From the NCBI GenBank assembly GCA_963649715.1, contig CAVJIV010000003.1, positions 75,817-139,816 on the forward strand: a stretch of DNA of 64,000 nt, in the 5' to 3' direction. Source of the stretch: a bacterium. GTDB lineage: Bacteria; Bacillota; Clostridia; Oscillospirales; Acutalibacteraceae. Within the stretch, counting starts at the first letter, position 1. Each line of letters starts with the position of its first letter. This document shows positions 17,470 through 26,416 of the stretch, one piece after another. A model generated the notes under the pieces. The model had not been told where the DNA came from, searched no databases, and saw only the letters and a program-made list of their open reading frames with translations. Both the position numbers and the translations under genes were made by a program.

Positions 17470-18396
17470 TTGGTTTATTCAAATGTTCTTGAAGCGATCG
17501 GACACACGCCCATGATTCGCCTTTCGAAAATTGTGCCGGAGGGCAGCGCAGAGGTGCTCGTCAAGTACGAGGGCGTTAATATCGGCGGTTCGATTAAGAC
17601 ACGGACGGCATATAATATGATCTGCGACGCAGAGGAAAAAGGAATAATAAATTCAAACACTGTCATTGTTGAGCCGACAAGCGGAAACCAGGGAATCGGT
17701 CTTGCGCTTATCGGTGCGGTCAGGGGCTACCATGTCCGCATAATTATGCCGGATTCGGTCAGCGAAGAACGCCGCAAGCTGGTCAAGGCTTACGGGGCTG
17801 AGCTTGTGCTGATTCACGACGACGGCGATATCGGCAAATGCATTAACGAGTGTCTGCAAACTGCGCTTCGCATGGCTGAGGAGGATGAAAATGTATGGAT
17901 TCCTCAGCAGTTCGAGAATCCCGCAAACCCGATGGTTCATAAAAGCCACACTGCGCAGGAGATAATCAAGCAGGTCGGCAAGCCGATTGACGGATTTTGT
18001 TCCGGCGTCGGCACGGGCGGAACACTCAGCGGAATAGGTGAAACGCTCAAGGCGAAGTATCCCGAAATTCATATTTGGGCGGTCGAACCGAAAAACGCCG
18101 CAATCCTTTCCGGCGGAAGCATCGGAACTCATCTTCAGATGGGCATCGGCGACGGACTTATCCCGAAAAATCTTAACACAAAAATTTATGAACATATTGA
18201 TATCGTAACGGACGAGGAGGCAATCGAAACCTCACGCCGCCTGATTGGCGAGGAGGGAATTCTCTGCGGAATTTCAAGCGGAACCAATGTTACGGCTGCG
18301 CTTCGCCTTGCAAAGGAGCTGGGCGAGGGCAAAACGGTTGTGACCGTTCTTCCCGATACCGGCGAAAGATATTTCAGCACGGTTTTGTTTGACTGA
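17470..18396 (+). CDS. cysK: Cysteine synthase A (O-acetylserine sulfhydrylase)
   Basis: HTPMIRLSK...VNIGGSIKTRTA (PLP lysine), TSGNQGIGLA, GVGTGGTLSG. The start is a TTG 8 nt after GGAGG. Confidence 0.92.
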   Translation: MVYSNVLEAIGHTPMIRLSKIVPEGSAEVLVKYEGVNIGGSIKTRTAYNMICDAEEKGIINSNTVIVEPTSGNQGIGLALIGAVRGYHVRIIMPDSVSEERRKLVKAYGAELVLIHDDGDIGKCINECLQTALRMAEEDENVWIPQQFENPANPMVHKSHTAQEIIKQVGKPIDGFCSGVGTGGTLSGIGETLKAKYPEIHIWAVEPKNAAILSGGSIGTHLQMGIGDGLIPKNLNTKIYEHIDIVTDEEAIETSRRLIGEEGILCGISSGTNVTAALRLAKELGEGKTVVTVLPDTGERYFSTVLFD

Positions 18397-18614
18397 AAAC
18401 AGCAGCGAGATATTCGCTTGATCAAAAGCCTGTTCTTGCATACTCTGAAAAGAGTTGCTTCAAGAACAGGTTTTATTTTAGGCTTTACCGCACAATTGAG
18501 ATGTGCAAACGGCGTAGAACCCGCCGATTAAACCGTGGCGCATTTCTCGGCGGTTATTTTGCCGCAGAAAACGAAAAAAATAAGTCTGTTTTTAGTCAAA
18601 TCTTTAACAAACTC

Positions 18615-18643
18615 TTGAAAAGGCGAAAAATTTAATATATAAT
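18615..18643 (+). promoter_or_regulatory. Sigma-70-type promoter (TTGAAA-17-TATAAT)
   Basis: TTGAAA at 18615-18620, a 17-nt spacer, then TATAAT at 18638-18643. It lies about 115 nt upstream of the DUF521 start. Confidence 0.55.
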
Positions 18644-18760
18644 TGTATTAAAACGATGGCACATTTAAGACCTTTGCTAAAGCAAGCGGCGAAGGTCGGA
18701 TTCGGAAATAATAGGTTCGCAGTGCTGCGAGCTTATGAGGATAAAAGGAGGATAAACCTT

Positions 18761-20071
18761 ATGAATGAAAACTTCAGCTACAAAATGAAGCTGACAGACG
18801 AGGAAAAAGAAATTCTTCACGGCTCAAAGGGCGAGGTAATGGCAAAGGTTATGAAGACCCTTGTGCTTTACGGCGACGCTTTCGGAGCGGAAAAATTCGT
18901 CCCCGTAAACGGCAAAGGACATCTCGTTACAAGCTTCGGCATTTCGGTTCTCAAGCCTGTGTTCTCCATCATGGACGAGCTTATCAAGGGCGGACTCAAG
19001 GTTGACGAGGGATTCACCGTTGACCCAAGACCTATTGACTACACGAATGTTAAGTGCAATCCGCTGCAAAAATTGATTTTTAACAAAATCCTCTACGGTA
19101 TGCAGGATTCCTACGAGGTTCAGCTCAACAAGCTCGGACTCAAGAGCGACAAATCTTTCACCTGCGCCTGCTATTTTGACGAGGTCGGCAACACCCCGAA
19201 GAAGGGCGATATCCTTTCTTGGGCAGAAAGCTCGGCGGTTGTTTTTGCAAACTCCGTTCTCGGCGCAAGATGTAACCGTAACTCAGGCATCATTGAGCTT
19301 TTCGGCTCAATTCTCGGCAAAGTTCCGGAGTTCGACCTTCTCACGGATGAGGGAAGAAAGGCAAAATGGATCATTGAGGTCAAGACCACAAAGATTCCGG
19401 AGGCTCAGGTTCTCGGCTCGGCAATCGGCATGAAGGTCATGGAGGATGTTCCCTATGTCAAGGGTCTTGACAAGTGGATCGGCACAGAGCTTACGGACGA
19501 CGCTAAGGCATATCTTAAAGATTTCGGCGCAGCAACCGCTTCCAACGGCGCAGTCGGACTCTATCATATTGAAAATCTCACTCCCGAAGCTGTTGAGCAG
19601 GGCGAAAAGCTCATCGCAGAGGGCGCTCAGACATATGTTATCGACGACGCAGAGCTTGACCGGGTTTACAAGAACTACCCCGTTATGTGGAAGGATAAGA
19701 ACGCAGCTCCGAAGCTTTGCTTCATTGGTTGTCCTCACCTTTCATACGCTCAGCTCGGCGAATGGACGGAAAGATTTGAAAAGGAGCTTAAAAAGCAGGG
19801 CAAGACCAAGGTTGAGCTTCGCACGGTTATGACGACAGCTCCCGAGGTTCTCGACAGATTCAAGAAGGAGAATAAGGCCGCCTACAACAAGCTTGTCGGC
19901 TTCGGCATCAATCTCTCCTGCATTTGTCCGCTTATGTATATGAACAATCCGCTTTGCGGCGGTGACACAAGCAATGTTATCACCTGCTCCAACAAGCTGC
20001 GTACATATACCACCGCGCGTTATTTCACAACCGACGATATCACCAAGATCGCCGTCAAGGGAGGTTTTTGA
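18761..20071 (+). CDS. Aconitase X catalytic subunit (DUF521 family)
   Basis: MNENFSYKMKLTDEEKEILHGSKGEVMAKVMKTLVLYGDAFGAEKFVPV.... This is the DUF521/AcnX large-subunit N-terminus. ATG at 18761 after AAAAGGAGG. The track start at 18656 is an upstream extension. Confidence 0.8.
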   Translation: MNENFSYKMKLTDEEKEILHGSKGEVMAKVMKTLVLYGDAFGAEKFVPVNGKGHLVTSFGISVLKPVFSIMDELIKGGLKVDEGFTVDPRPIDYTNVKCNPLQKLIFNKILYGMQDSYEVQLNKLGLKSDKSFTCACYFDEVGNTPKKGDILSWAESSAVVFANSVLGARCNRNSGIIELFGSILGKVPEFDLLTDEGRKAKWIIEVKTTKIPEAQVLGSAIGMKVMEDVPYVKGLDKWIGTELTDDAKAYLKDFGAATASNGAVGLYHIENLTPEAVEQGEKLIAEGAQTYVIDDAELDRVYKNYPVMWKDKNAAPKLCFIGCPHLSYAQLGEWTERFEKELKKQGKTKVELRTVMTTAPEVLDRFKKENKAAYNKLVGFGINLSCICPLMYMNNPLCGGDTSNVITCSNKLRTYTTARYFTTDDITKIAVKGGF

Positions 20072-20073
20072 TT

Positions 20074-20538
20074 ATGAGTAAGACATTTAAAGGGCGTCCT
20101 GTTGTTGCAGGAACGATCAATAAGGGCGAGGCTGTTGTTTCTCATAACGGCGTTAATACCCTTGCAACATTCCAAAAGACTGCGCTTATGCACGATATTC
20201 CTATCATCGGCAAGGACGAGGTTATCGGTTCGGATCAGAACAATCCCGATGTTTTCGGCAAAAATCTTACCGGCAAGGTTCTTTGCCTGCCGCAGACGAT
20301 CGGCTCAACCACCGGTGGCATGGTTCTTTACACCGTATGCGCTCTCAATATGGCTCCCGCAGCTATGCTTTTCTCGCTGCCTATCGACTCTCTCGCAGCC
20401 GCAGGCGTTATCCTCTCCGATGTTTGGACGGACAACACCATCGTTGCAGTTGATTCGCTCGGCGATGAATTCCTCAGTGCCGTAAAGGACGGCGACAAAA
20501 TCACCGTCAAAGAGGACGGAACGGTTATTGTTGAATAA
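20074..20538 (+). CDS. Aconitase X swivel-domain subunit (DUF126 family)
   Basis: MSKTFKGRPVVAGTINKGEAVVSHNGVNTLATF...LCLPQTIGSTTGG. This small partner follows the DUF521 gene directly (its stop and this start are 2 nt apart). Confidence 0.8.
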   Translation: MSKTFKGRPVVAGTINKGEAVVSHNGVNTLATFQKTALMHDIPIIGKDEVIGSDQNNPDVFGKNLTGKVLCLPQTIGSTTGGMVLYTVCALNMAPAAMLFSLPIDSLAAAGVILSDVWTDNTIVAVDSLGDEFLSAVKDGDKITVKEDGTVIVE

Positions 20539-20643
20539 TTAGGGCATTATTACCGCGCGAATTGCGGCGCACGCCTTAAAATCAAGAGCTGTTGCAGAAG
20601 GTCGGCGTGCTTCTCTGCGCAGCTCTTTTTGCGGAGGTAGACT

Positions 20644-21294
20644 ATGGCAAACATCAGAATAGACAACATTTCCGATGATGCGCTGAAAATTGAGCTTGAC
20701 GGCAATGAATATTTTATCCCCGAGGACGAGAGCTTAACGATTCCGACGGAGAAGGGAACGCACCGCCTTGTTGTCTGCCGCACCGAGAGGGCGCAGACCT
20801 CCGAGGACTCTCACGGCGACAAGGATTTCACAAAAAGGTTTTTGAGGGACGAAGAAAGCCAGTATGTGCGGCTCAAGGGCAGCTTTGAGATAAATGTTAT
20901 CGCTTCAAAATCAGTCTGGACAATAAGCAAACGGCCGATGCTTGTTGAAAAAACGGGTGTCGATGCGCTCCTTTCGGGCTGCGAGCTGGATGTTACCGGC
21001 GGCAGGGTGGTTGCCGCAAGGCAAAGCTTTGCCGACAAAAAAATGCGCAACGCATATCTCAGAAGGCAGCTGATAAGCGCATTTTTTCCGATCGGCGTCG
21101 GAATTTTACTTTTCACGGCGCTGGTGATAGCTGCGTTGGCGGCGAACGCTTCGGGCAATCCCATTACGCTCGGCGGCAGAGAATTTACCTATCCGTGGAC
21201 GATCGGGCTGGCTGCGATCGACCTCTGCTTTATCGGATATTTCACATGGATGCTTATCAATATTTTTTCAACCGACAAAAGATTCAGAAGCTGA
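20644..21294 (+). CDS. Hypothetical membrane protein (soluble N-domain plus 2 C-terminal TM helices)
   Basis: 216-aa ORF with a GGAGG RBS. No family recognised. Confidence 0.6.
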   Translation: MANIRIDNISDDALKIELDGNEYFIPEDESLTIPTEKGTHRLVVCRTERAQTSEDSHGDKDFTKRFLRDEESQYVRLKGSFEINVIASKSVWTISKRPMLVEKTGVDALLSGCELDVTGGRVVAARQSFADKKMRNAYLRRQLISAFFPIGVGILLFTALVIAALAANASGNPITLGGREFTYPWTIGLAAIDLCFIGYFTWMLINIFSTDKRFRS

Positions 21295-21311
21295 TAGATT
21301 TTAGATGAGAT

Positions 21312-21355
21312 TTAAGGCAACACCGCACAAATTGAGGCGTGCGGTATTGCCTTAA
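21312..21355 (+). terminator. Intrinsic terminator; fullest copy of the recurring palindromic element
   Basis: TTAAGGCAACACCGCACaaattgaggcGTGCGGTATTGCCTTAA followed by ATTTGTTTTT. Confidence 0.7.
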
Positions 21356-21523
21356 ATTTGTTTTTGGTGCTGAATTTAAACAAAACTTGATTTTTATACA
21401 AAAAAAGTATACAATTCTGTCGCAATATGCTATAATAAATCAATCGTTGCTTGATTTACGGGTGCAGTAACCGTGCTTTCGGTCAATCGACGGTTTAAAA
21501 TAAAAATCGAGGAGAGATTAACA

Positions 21524-23323
21524 ATGAAAAAAAGGATTTCGGCAATTTTTCTGATTGTCGCAATGCTGGTCGGCTTCTGTCTGCCTGCCTCTGCCGCAAC
21601 GACGATGAAGCTGACGGGTGTGACATATCCGACAACAATGAAGGAGGGCGAGCCGTTCATCGCAAAGGGCGTTATCACCTCCGACTACTACATTCGCAAG
21701 GTCGTTATCGGTGCTTACAATTCGAGCGGTGCAGCCGAATTTGAGTACACCGGTTTACCGGGCGAAAAAACCTACGATATAAACAATGTGGATTATCTTC
21801 TGTATTTTTCAAGGCTGAAAAGCGGCAGTTACACCTATAAAATCGTCGCTTCCGACGATAACAGCTCCAATGTTGTGTTGCTGAATCAGAATTTTACCGT
21901 CACAAACGACGGGCAGGCGGCAAGCACATTGAAAATTACAAACGCAAATTATCCGACGGTGCTTGATGTCGGCGAGGGACTTTCCGTAACGGGTGTTGTT
22001 TCCTCAAATTATAATATTTCAAAAATAGTAATCGGCGCATACAAGTCCGACGGAACTAAGGGCTTTGAACAAACCGTGACTCCCGGCGCAAAGAGCTATG
22101 ACCTCAGCAGCATTGATGCGTTGCTCACATTTTCAAAGCTCGGCGCAGGAACATATACATATAAAATCGTTGCAAGCGACGCCGTTAAATCAAATGTTGT
22201 GCTTCTCAACAAGAGCTTTACGGTCGGCGGCGGAACTTCGATTACGGGAGATCTGACAAATGTCAAATGGGATGTTGCCGATATTTCATATTGGAACAGC
22301 GACTATATAAGCTCATGGTCAAAAATCGCAGCCGATTTGGATGCGATTATTCTCAGAATCGGATTTTCTTACACGGGAAGCAAAAAATCCGAGGAGGACA
22401 GCAAGTTTTCGGGATACTACAGCAACGCTAAAAAGAACAATATCCCCGTCGGAGTGTATTTCTACGCCGCAGCTACTACGGCATCCGAGGCAAGCAAGGA
22501 AGCGGATTTTGTCATTTCCCTTTTGAAAAAATATAATTGTCAATTGGAAATGCCGGTTTACTATGATCTGGAAACGGAGGCTCAGGTTGAGCTGACCCAG
22601 TCGCAGTGCACCGATGTGGCAAGAGCCTTCTGCGATAAGCTGAAGGCGGCGGGCTATTTTGTCGGAATTTATTGCAACAAGTATTTTGCAAGAGATGAGC
22701 TTTACGCTTCAAAGCTTTCGGATTTTCAGTTCTGGATCGCCGAATACGGCTCAAGCTGTACCTACAGCGGAGAATACGGAATGTGGCAGTATACCGAGTC
22801 GGGCTGGGTCTCCGGAATCAGTCGCCAATGCGACAAAAACTATTGCTACTACGATTATCCGTCATACATAAAAGCGAACGGATTGAACGGCTTTACCAAG
22901 GCCGCCGACCCGCAGTTCAGCTTCAAGACGGGAACAAATCTCAGCGTAAACGAGAGCAAAAAGGAAGTTTATTTGAAGCAAGATCCGGGCTTGACGGCGG
23001 ATCAGTTTATTTCAAAATATGTCACAAGCAAGGATGTAACGGTTAAGACGGCGGCTTTGTCCTCGGACGGAAAGGTTGCAACGGGCACGACGATCACTGC
23101 CGAGGGCAGCGGAAAGAGCTTCGGCTCTTACGCAATATGCCTTTACGGTGATCTGAATTCCGACTCAAAGATAAATTCTGCCGACGCTCTTTTGATTCTT
23201 CAGCATTCCGTTGGGGTAACGGTTCTTAAGAGCTATGCGCTCACGAGCGCAGACTGGAACGGCGACGGAAAGGTAAATTCCGCCGACGCTCTTGCGGTTT
23301 TGACTTATTCGGTTTCAAGGTGA
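21524..23323 (+). CDS. Secreted GH25 muramidase with two tandem ~120-aa Ig-like repeats and a C-terminal type I dockerin
   Basis: Signal peptide MKKRISAIFLIVAMLVGFCLPASA. Two internally homologous modules (...YTYKIVASDDNSSNVVLLNQNFTV and ...YTYKIVASDAVKSNVVLLNKSFTV). GH25 core (DAIILRIGFSYTG...VGVYFY...YYDLE...FWIAEYG...MWQYTESG). Dockerin duplicate (GDLNSDSKINSADALLIL / DWNGDGKVNSADALAVL). Confidence 0.88.
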   Translation: MKKRISAIFLIVAMLVGFCLPASAATTMKLTGVTYPTTMKEGEPFIAKGVITSDYYIRKVVIGAYNSSGAAEFEYTGLPGEKTYDINNVDYLLYFSRLKSGSYTYKIVASDDNSSNVVLLNQNFTVTNDGQAASTLKITNANYPTVLDVGEGLSVTGVVSSNYNISKIVIGAYKSDGTKGFEQTVTPGAKSYDLSSIDALLTFSKLGAGTYTYKIVASDAVKSNVVLLNKSFTVGGGTSITGDLTNVKWDVADISYWNSDYISSWSKIAADLDAIILRIGFSYTGSKKSEEDSKFSGYYSNAKKNNIPVGVYFYAAATTASEASKEADFVISLLKKYNCQLEMPVYYDLETEAQVELTQSQCTDVARAFCDKLKAAGYFVGIYCNKYFARDELYASKLSDFQFWIAEYGSSCTYSGEYGMWQYTESGWVSGISRQCDKNYCYYDYPSYIKANGLNGFTKAADPQFSFKTGTNLSVNESKKEVYLKQDPGLTADQFISKYVTSKDVTVKTAALSSDGKVATGTTITAEGSGKSFGSYAICLYGDLNSDSKINSADALLILQHSVGVTVLKSYALTSADWNGDGKVNSADALAVLTYSVSR

Positions 23324-23330
23324 TTACAAA

Positions 23331-24032
23331 ATGAAGATCGGACTTTTTACGGATACGCATTATTGTGGGCTTGATACGCTCGAGCAGGACAGAAAACCTC
23401 GCCGAGCCTATGAAGCGGTGAAAAAAGCATTTGACGATTTCAAGGCGCAGGGGGTTCAGGTTGCGGTATGCTTGGGAGATCTCGTCCATTTCAACAACGG
23501 GACACAGGAAAGCCTCAGGCATCTTGAAAAAATCTCGGAGCTTATCAATTCCTATGCTATCCCGACCTGTCTTTGCATGGGCAACCACGACAATGAGGTG
23601 GTCAGTGCCGAGGATATGGCGATGATAACGGGTTTCCGTATTGCGCCGGTAACGGTTGAGGATGACGAAGTGAAGCTCATTTTTCTCGATGCCTCCTACA
23701 CTCCGGACGGCAAGCCCTACGGTCGGGAGCACATCGACTGGACCAAAAGCTTTATCCCGAAGTCCGAGCTTGATTGGTTTGAAGAGCAGCTTGATACAGG
23801 CAAACGAAAAATCGTATTTACCCATCAAAATATAGACACAGGCGTTGAAGAGCATCACATCGTTTCAAATGCGGAAGAAACAAACGAGATAATTGCAAGG
23901 CACGGCGTTTTGAGAGTTTATCAGGGTCATTACCATTACGGAGCCGAGAATATCATAAACGGAGTTCCGTACACAACGCTTCGTGCAATGTGTATCGGCA
24001 ACGAAACAAATTATTACATAGCAGAGGTTTAA
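23331..24032 (+). CDS. Metallophosphoesterase (calcineurin-like)
   Basis: Motif series DTHY, GDLVH, GNHD, FTHQ and GHYH. Confidence 0.85.
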   Translation: MKIGLFTDTHYCGLDTLEQDRKPRRAYEAVKKAFDDFKAQGVQVAVCLGDLVHFNNGTQESLRHLEKISELINSYAIPTCLCMGNHDNEVVSAEDMAMITGFRIAPVTVEDDEVKLIFLDASYTPDGKPYGREHIDWTKSFIPKSELDWFEEQLDTGKRKIVFTHQNIDTGVEEHHIVSNAEETNEIIARHGVLRVYQGHYHYGAENIINGVPYTTLRAMCIGNETNYYIAEV

Positions 24033-24033
24033 T

Positions 24034-24702
24034 ATGTCGATTGAGGAGCTTGTTCGGTTTGTATTTGAAATGGTGGGAACGGTCGCTTTTGCAATATCCG
24101 GAGCGATGGTTGCCGTAAAAAAAAGAGTTGACATTTTCGGCGTTATCGTTCTCGGAGTAACGACGGCGCTCGGCGGAGGAATCGTGAGGGATATTCTTAT
24201 CGGTCATCTGCCGCCTACGATGTTTTCGGATTATCGCTATGTTCTTGCGGCGGTCATAACATCGGTCATAGTTTTCATCACGGCGTTTATTTTCCGTGAT
24301 CCGTATCGCAGGAGCGAAAGCACGGTTGATGCGGTCAACAATGTTTTTGATGCGCTCGGCCTCGGCGTTTTTACGGTCATGGGAGCGAATGTGGCGATCG
24401 AATCGGGTTTCACGGTCAACGGAATCCTTGTTGTTTGCCTTGCGACCGTAACGGGCGTCGGCGGCGGTCTGATTCGGGACATCATGCTCAAGGAGATCCC
24501 GTTTGTGCTGAAAAAAAGAATATACGCCGTTGCCTCCATTATAGGAGGAACAGCGTACCATCTGATGTTTATTAACAAGGTCAATGTTAATGCGGCCTCG
24601 GTTATCGCTGTGCTGATTGTTTTCGCTGTCAGAATTCTTGCAACGGTGTTCAAGCTCGATTTGCCGAAGGTCAGATTCCCGAAGGAAGAAAAGAAAACAT
24701 AA
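24034..24702 (+). CDS. Trimeric intracellular cation channel (UPF0126/YadS) family membrane protein
   Basis: Duplicated glycine-rich motif: GTVAFAISGAMVAVKKRVDIFGVIVLGVTTALGGGIVRDILIG and a second ...GVGGGLIRDIM. Confidence 0.85.
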   Translation: MSIEELVRFVFEMVGTVAFAISGAMVAVKKRVDIFGVIVLGVTTALGGGIVRDILIGHLPPTMFSDYRYVLAAVITSVIVFITAFIFRDPYRRSESTVDAVNNVFDALGLGVFTVMGANVAIESGFTVNGILVVCLATVTGVGGGLIRDIMLKEIPFVLKKRIYAVASIIGGTAYHLMFINKVNVNAASVIAVLIVFAVRILATVFKLDLPKVRFPKEEKKT

Positions 24703-24716
24703 AATGTAATAAAAAA

Positions 24717-24749
24717 GCCTCCCCTTTCAAGTGTGAAAAGGGAGGCTTT
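24717..24749. terminator. Bidirectional intrinsic terminator
   Basis: GCCTCCCCTTTCaagtgtGAAAAGGGAGGC flanked by an A-run and a T-run, between convergent genes. Confidence 0.8.
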
Positions 24750-24762
24750 GCCATGTTTCGGC

Positions 24763-26253
24763 TTATTTCTTGAGAGCGTTTTTGATTGCCTGCGGAAGAA
24801 GAACAAAAATGTACTTAACAAGCATATCGACGATAGCCTTTACAAAGTTTGTAACGTATGCGCCGATATTTGAAGTGTTATCGGTCGGAAGATCTTCATA
24901 ATCCTCTGCCGGTGTGTTCTGACCAACATCCTTTTTGATGGCGTACTTATCAATGAGGGTTATCTCCTGAGTTTCGTCGTCAACAAGATAGGATTTCATA
25001 ACGAGCTTGCCGCCGTCAATCTCGGTCGTCATGAAGCAGCCGCCCATGCCCTGAGTTGAAAGGCGGAAATCGCAGCAGCCCGGGATAGGATCGATAGCGT
25101 CATAAACTCTGTATCTCTTTGTGCCTGCCGTGGCCGGAACAATGTGAACCGATCCCTCGGGGTTGAGCGCGAAGGTTGTTTCCTCGCCGTTGAACATCTC
25201 GGTTACATACTGAACATTTTCAACAACTGCGTCGCCCTTGACCTGCTTTGACCTGTAATAAACATGGTCGTGACCTGCCTGTACGACATCAATATCAAGC
25301 TCATCAAAGAGCGGGAGAAGAACATCTCTCATGATGATCGTATCGGGCTTGTTGATGTTCTTGCCCTCGGAATATGAAGCTCTGTGCATGAGGACGATTT
25401 TCCAGTCTGCGTCGGTTTTGCTCATGTCGTTGACGAGCCAGTTCCTCTGCGACTGAGTCATCGGGTACATGTCGTTTGTGTTGATAACTGCGAAATGAGC
25501 GTTGCCGTAATCGAACGAATAGTAAACGCCGTTGACCCAGTTTGTGTTGGACTCGGTGTTCGGATTGCCGAGGTTAAACATGGAATTGAAAACATTGATG
25601 TTGAGTTTATTTGTGATGTTACCGTCGTGGTTACCGGCAACGGGAGCGATCGTGGTGTTCATGTTTGCAAATGCAAAGTTTTTGAAGTACCAGTTCCACT
25701 CATCGTTTGTGTCGTCGTTAACGAAGTCGCCGAGGTTGACCATGAACTCATAATTCGGAAGAGTTTTGATTGCGCCTTTCATTGTTTCGGCGGCGTGAGC
25801 GAAGTTTTCGTCGCTGCTTGCCTGAACATCGGCGATCGAGATGAAGGAGAATTTGCTGTCGCCGTCATCGGTTGAGAATGTTCCGTTGTCGCTCCAAAGC
25901 TTGAGCGATTTGTCGCCGACACGGTATGTATAGTTTTCGCCCGGCTCAAGACCGTCAACCGTTACCTTGTGGCAATAGAGGTCACGGAACTTGTAAACAT
26001 TGCCGGCGGAATATTCCGCTGCGTCGGCAAAGCTTCCGTTGAATTCGGATGTTTTAACGATCTGAACATCGCTTCTTGTGTAGGTTTCCGTGTACCAGCA
26101 GAAGCCTCTTGAAGTTTGAGAGTCGCCGTTGAATGCGCAGCTTACTCTCGTTACCGTATCCGTTGCTTCTGCCGACGAAGCGATGGCCGAGCAGCCGAAA
26201 ATCATGCAGACGCAAAGAATAACGGAAATGATTTTTGTAGAAATCTTTTTCAT
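24763..26253 (-). CDS. Secreted purple-acid-phosphatase-like metallophosphoesterase
   Basis: Signal peptide MKKISTKIISVILCVCMIFGCSAIASSAEA. PAP N-terminal fibronectin-like region (GENYTYRVGD). Metallophosphoesterase motifs GDFVND, GNHD, VLMHRA and GHDHVY. ATG at 26253 after GGGAGG. Confidence 0.85.
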   Translation of the reverse strand: MKKISTKIISVILCVCMIFGCSAIASSAEATDTVTRVSCAFNGDSQTSRGFCWYTETYTRSDVQIVKTSEFNGSFADAAEYSAGNVYKFRDLYCHKVTVDGLEPGENYTYRVGDKSLKLWSDNGTFSTDDGDSKFSFISIADVQASSDENFAHAAETMKGAIKTLPNYEFMVNLGDFVNDDTNDEWNWYFKNFAFANMNTTIAPVAGNHDGNITNKLNINVFNSMFNLGNPNTESNTNWVNGVYYSFDYGNAHFAVINTNDMYPMTQSQRNWLVNDMSKTDADWKIVLMHRASYSEGKNINKPDTIIMRDVLLPLFDELDIDVVQAGHDHVYYRSKQVKGDAVVENVQYVTEMFNGEETTFALNPEGSVHIVPATAGTKRYRVYDAIDPIPGCCDFRLSTQGMGGCFMTTEIDGGKLVMKSYLVDDETQEITLIDKYAIKKDVGQNTPAEDYEDLPTDNTSNIGAYVTNFVKAIVDMLVKYIFVLLPQAIKNALKK

Positions 26254-26416
26254 TAAAAAACCTCCCGTGAGTGTTGTTTTTCGGGGAAACACAACCCCTT
26301 TTTTTAAATCAATTATACATCAAAAATAAATTTCCGTCAATGTACAAAGTAATGATTTGTTTTTGTGCATTTTGTCCACAAAAAGCTGCCCCGAACAGAA
26401 TCGGAGCAGCCCTTAA

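Noticed and set aside
18656-18760. N-terminal extensions offered by the ORF track. Examples: 18656 for DUF521, 21473 for GH25, 26292 for the PAP-like gene, 51902 for the aminopeptidase, 6681 for iorB, 17400 for the SASP gene.
   Set aside because: In each case an internal ATG with a strong GGAGG-type RBS gives a native-looking N-terminus, such as a signal peptide or a conserved start. The extension would overlap an upstream gene, terminator or promoter.
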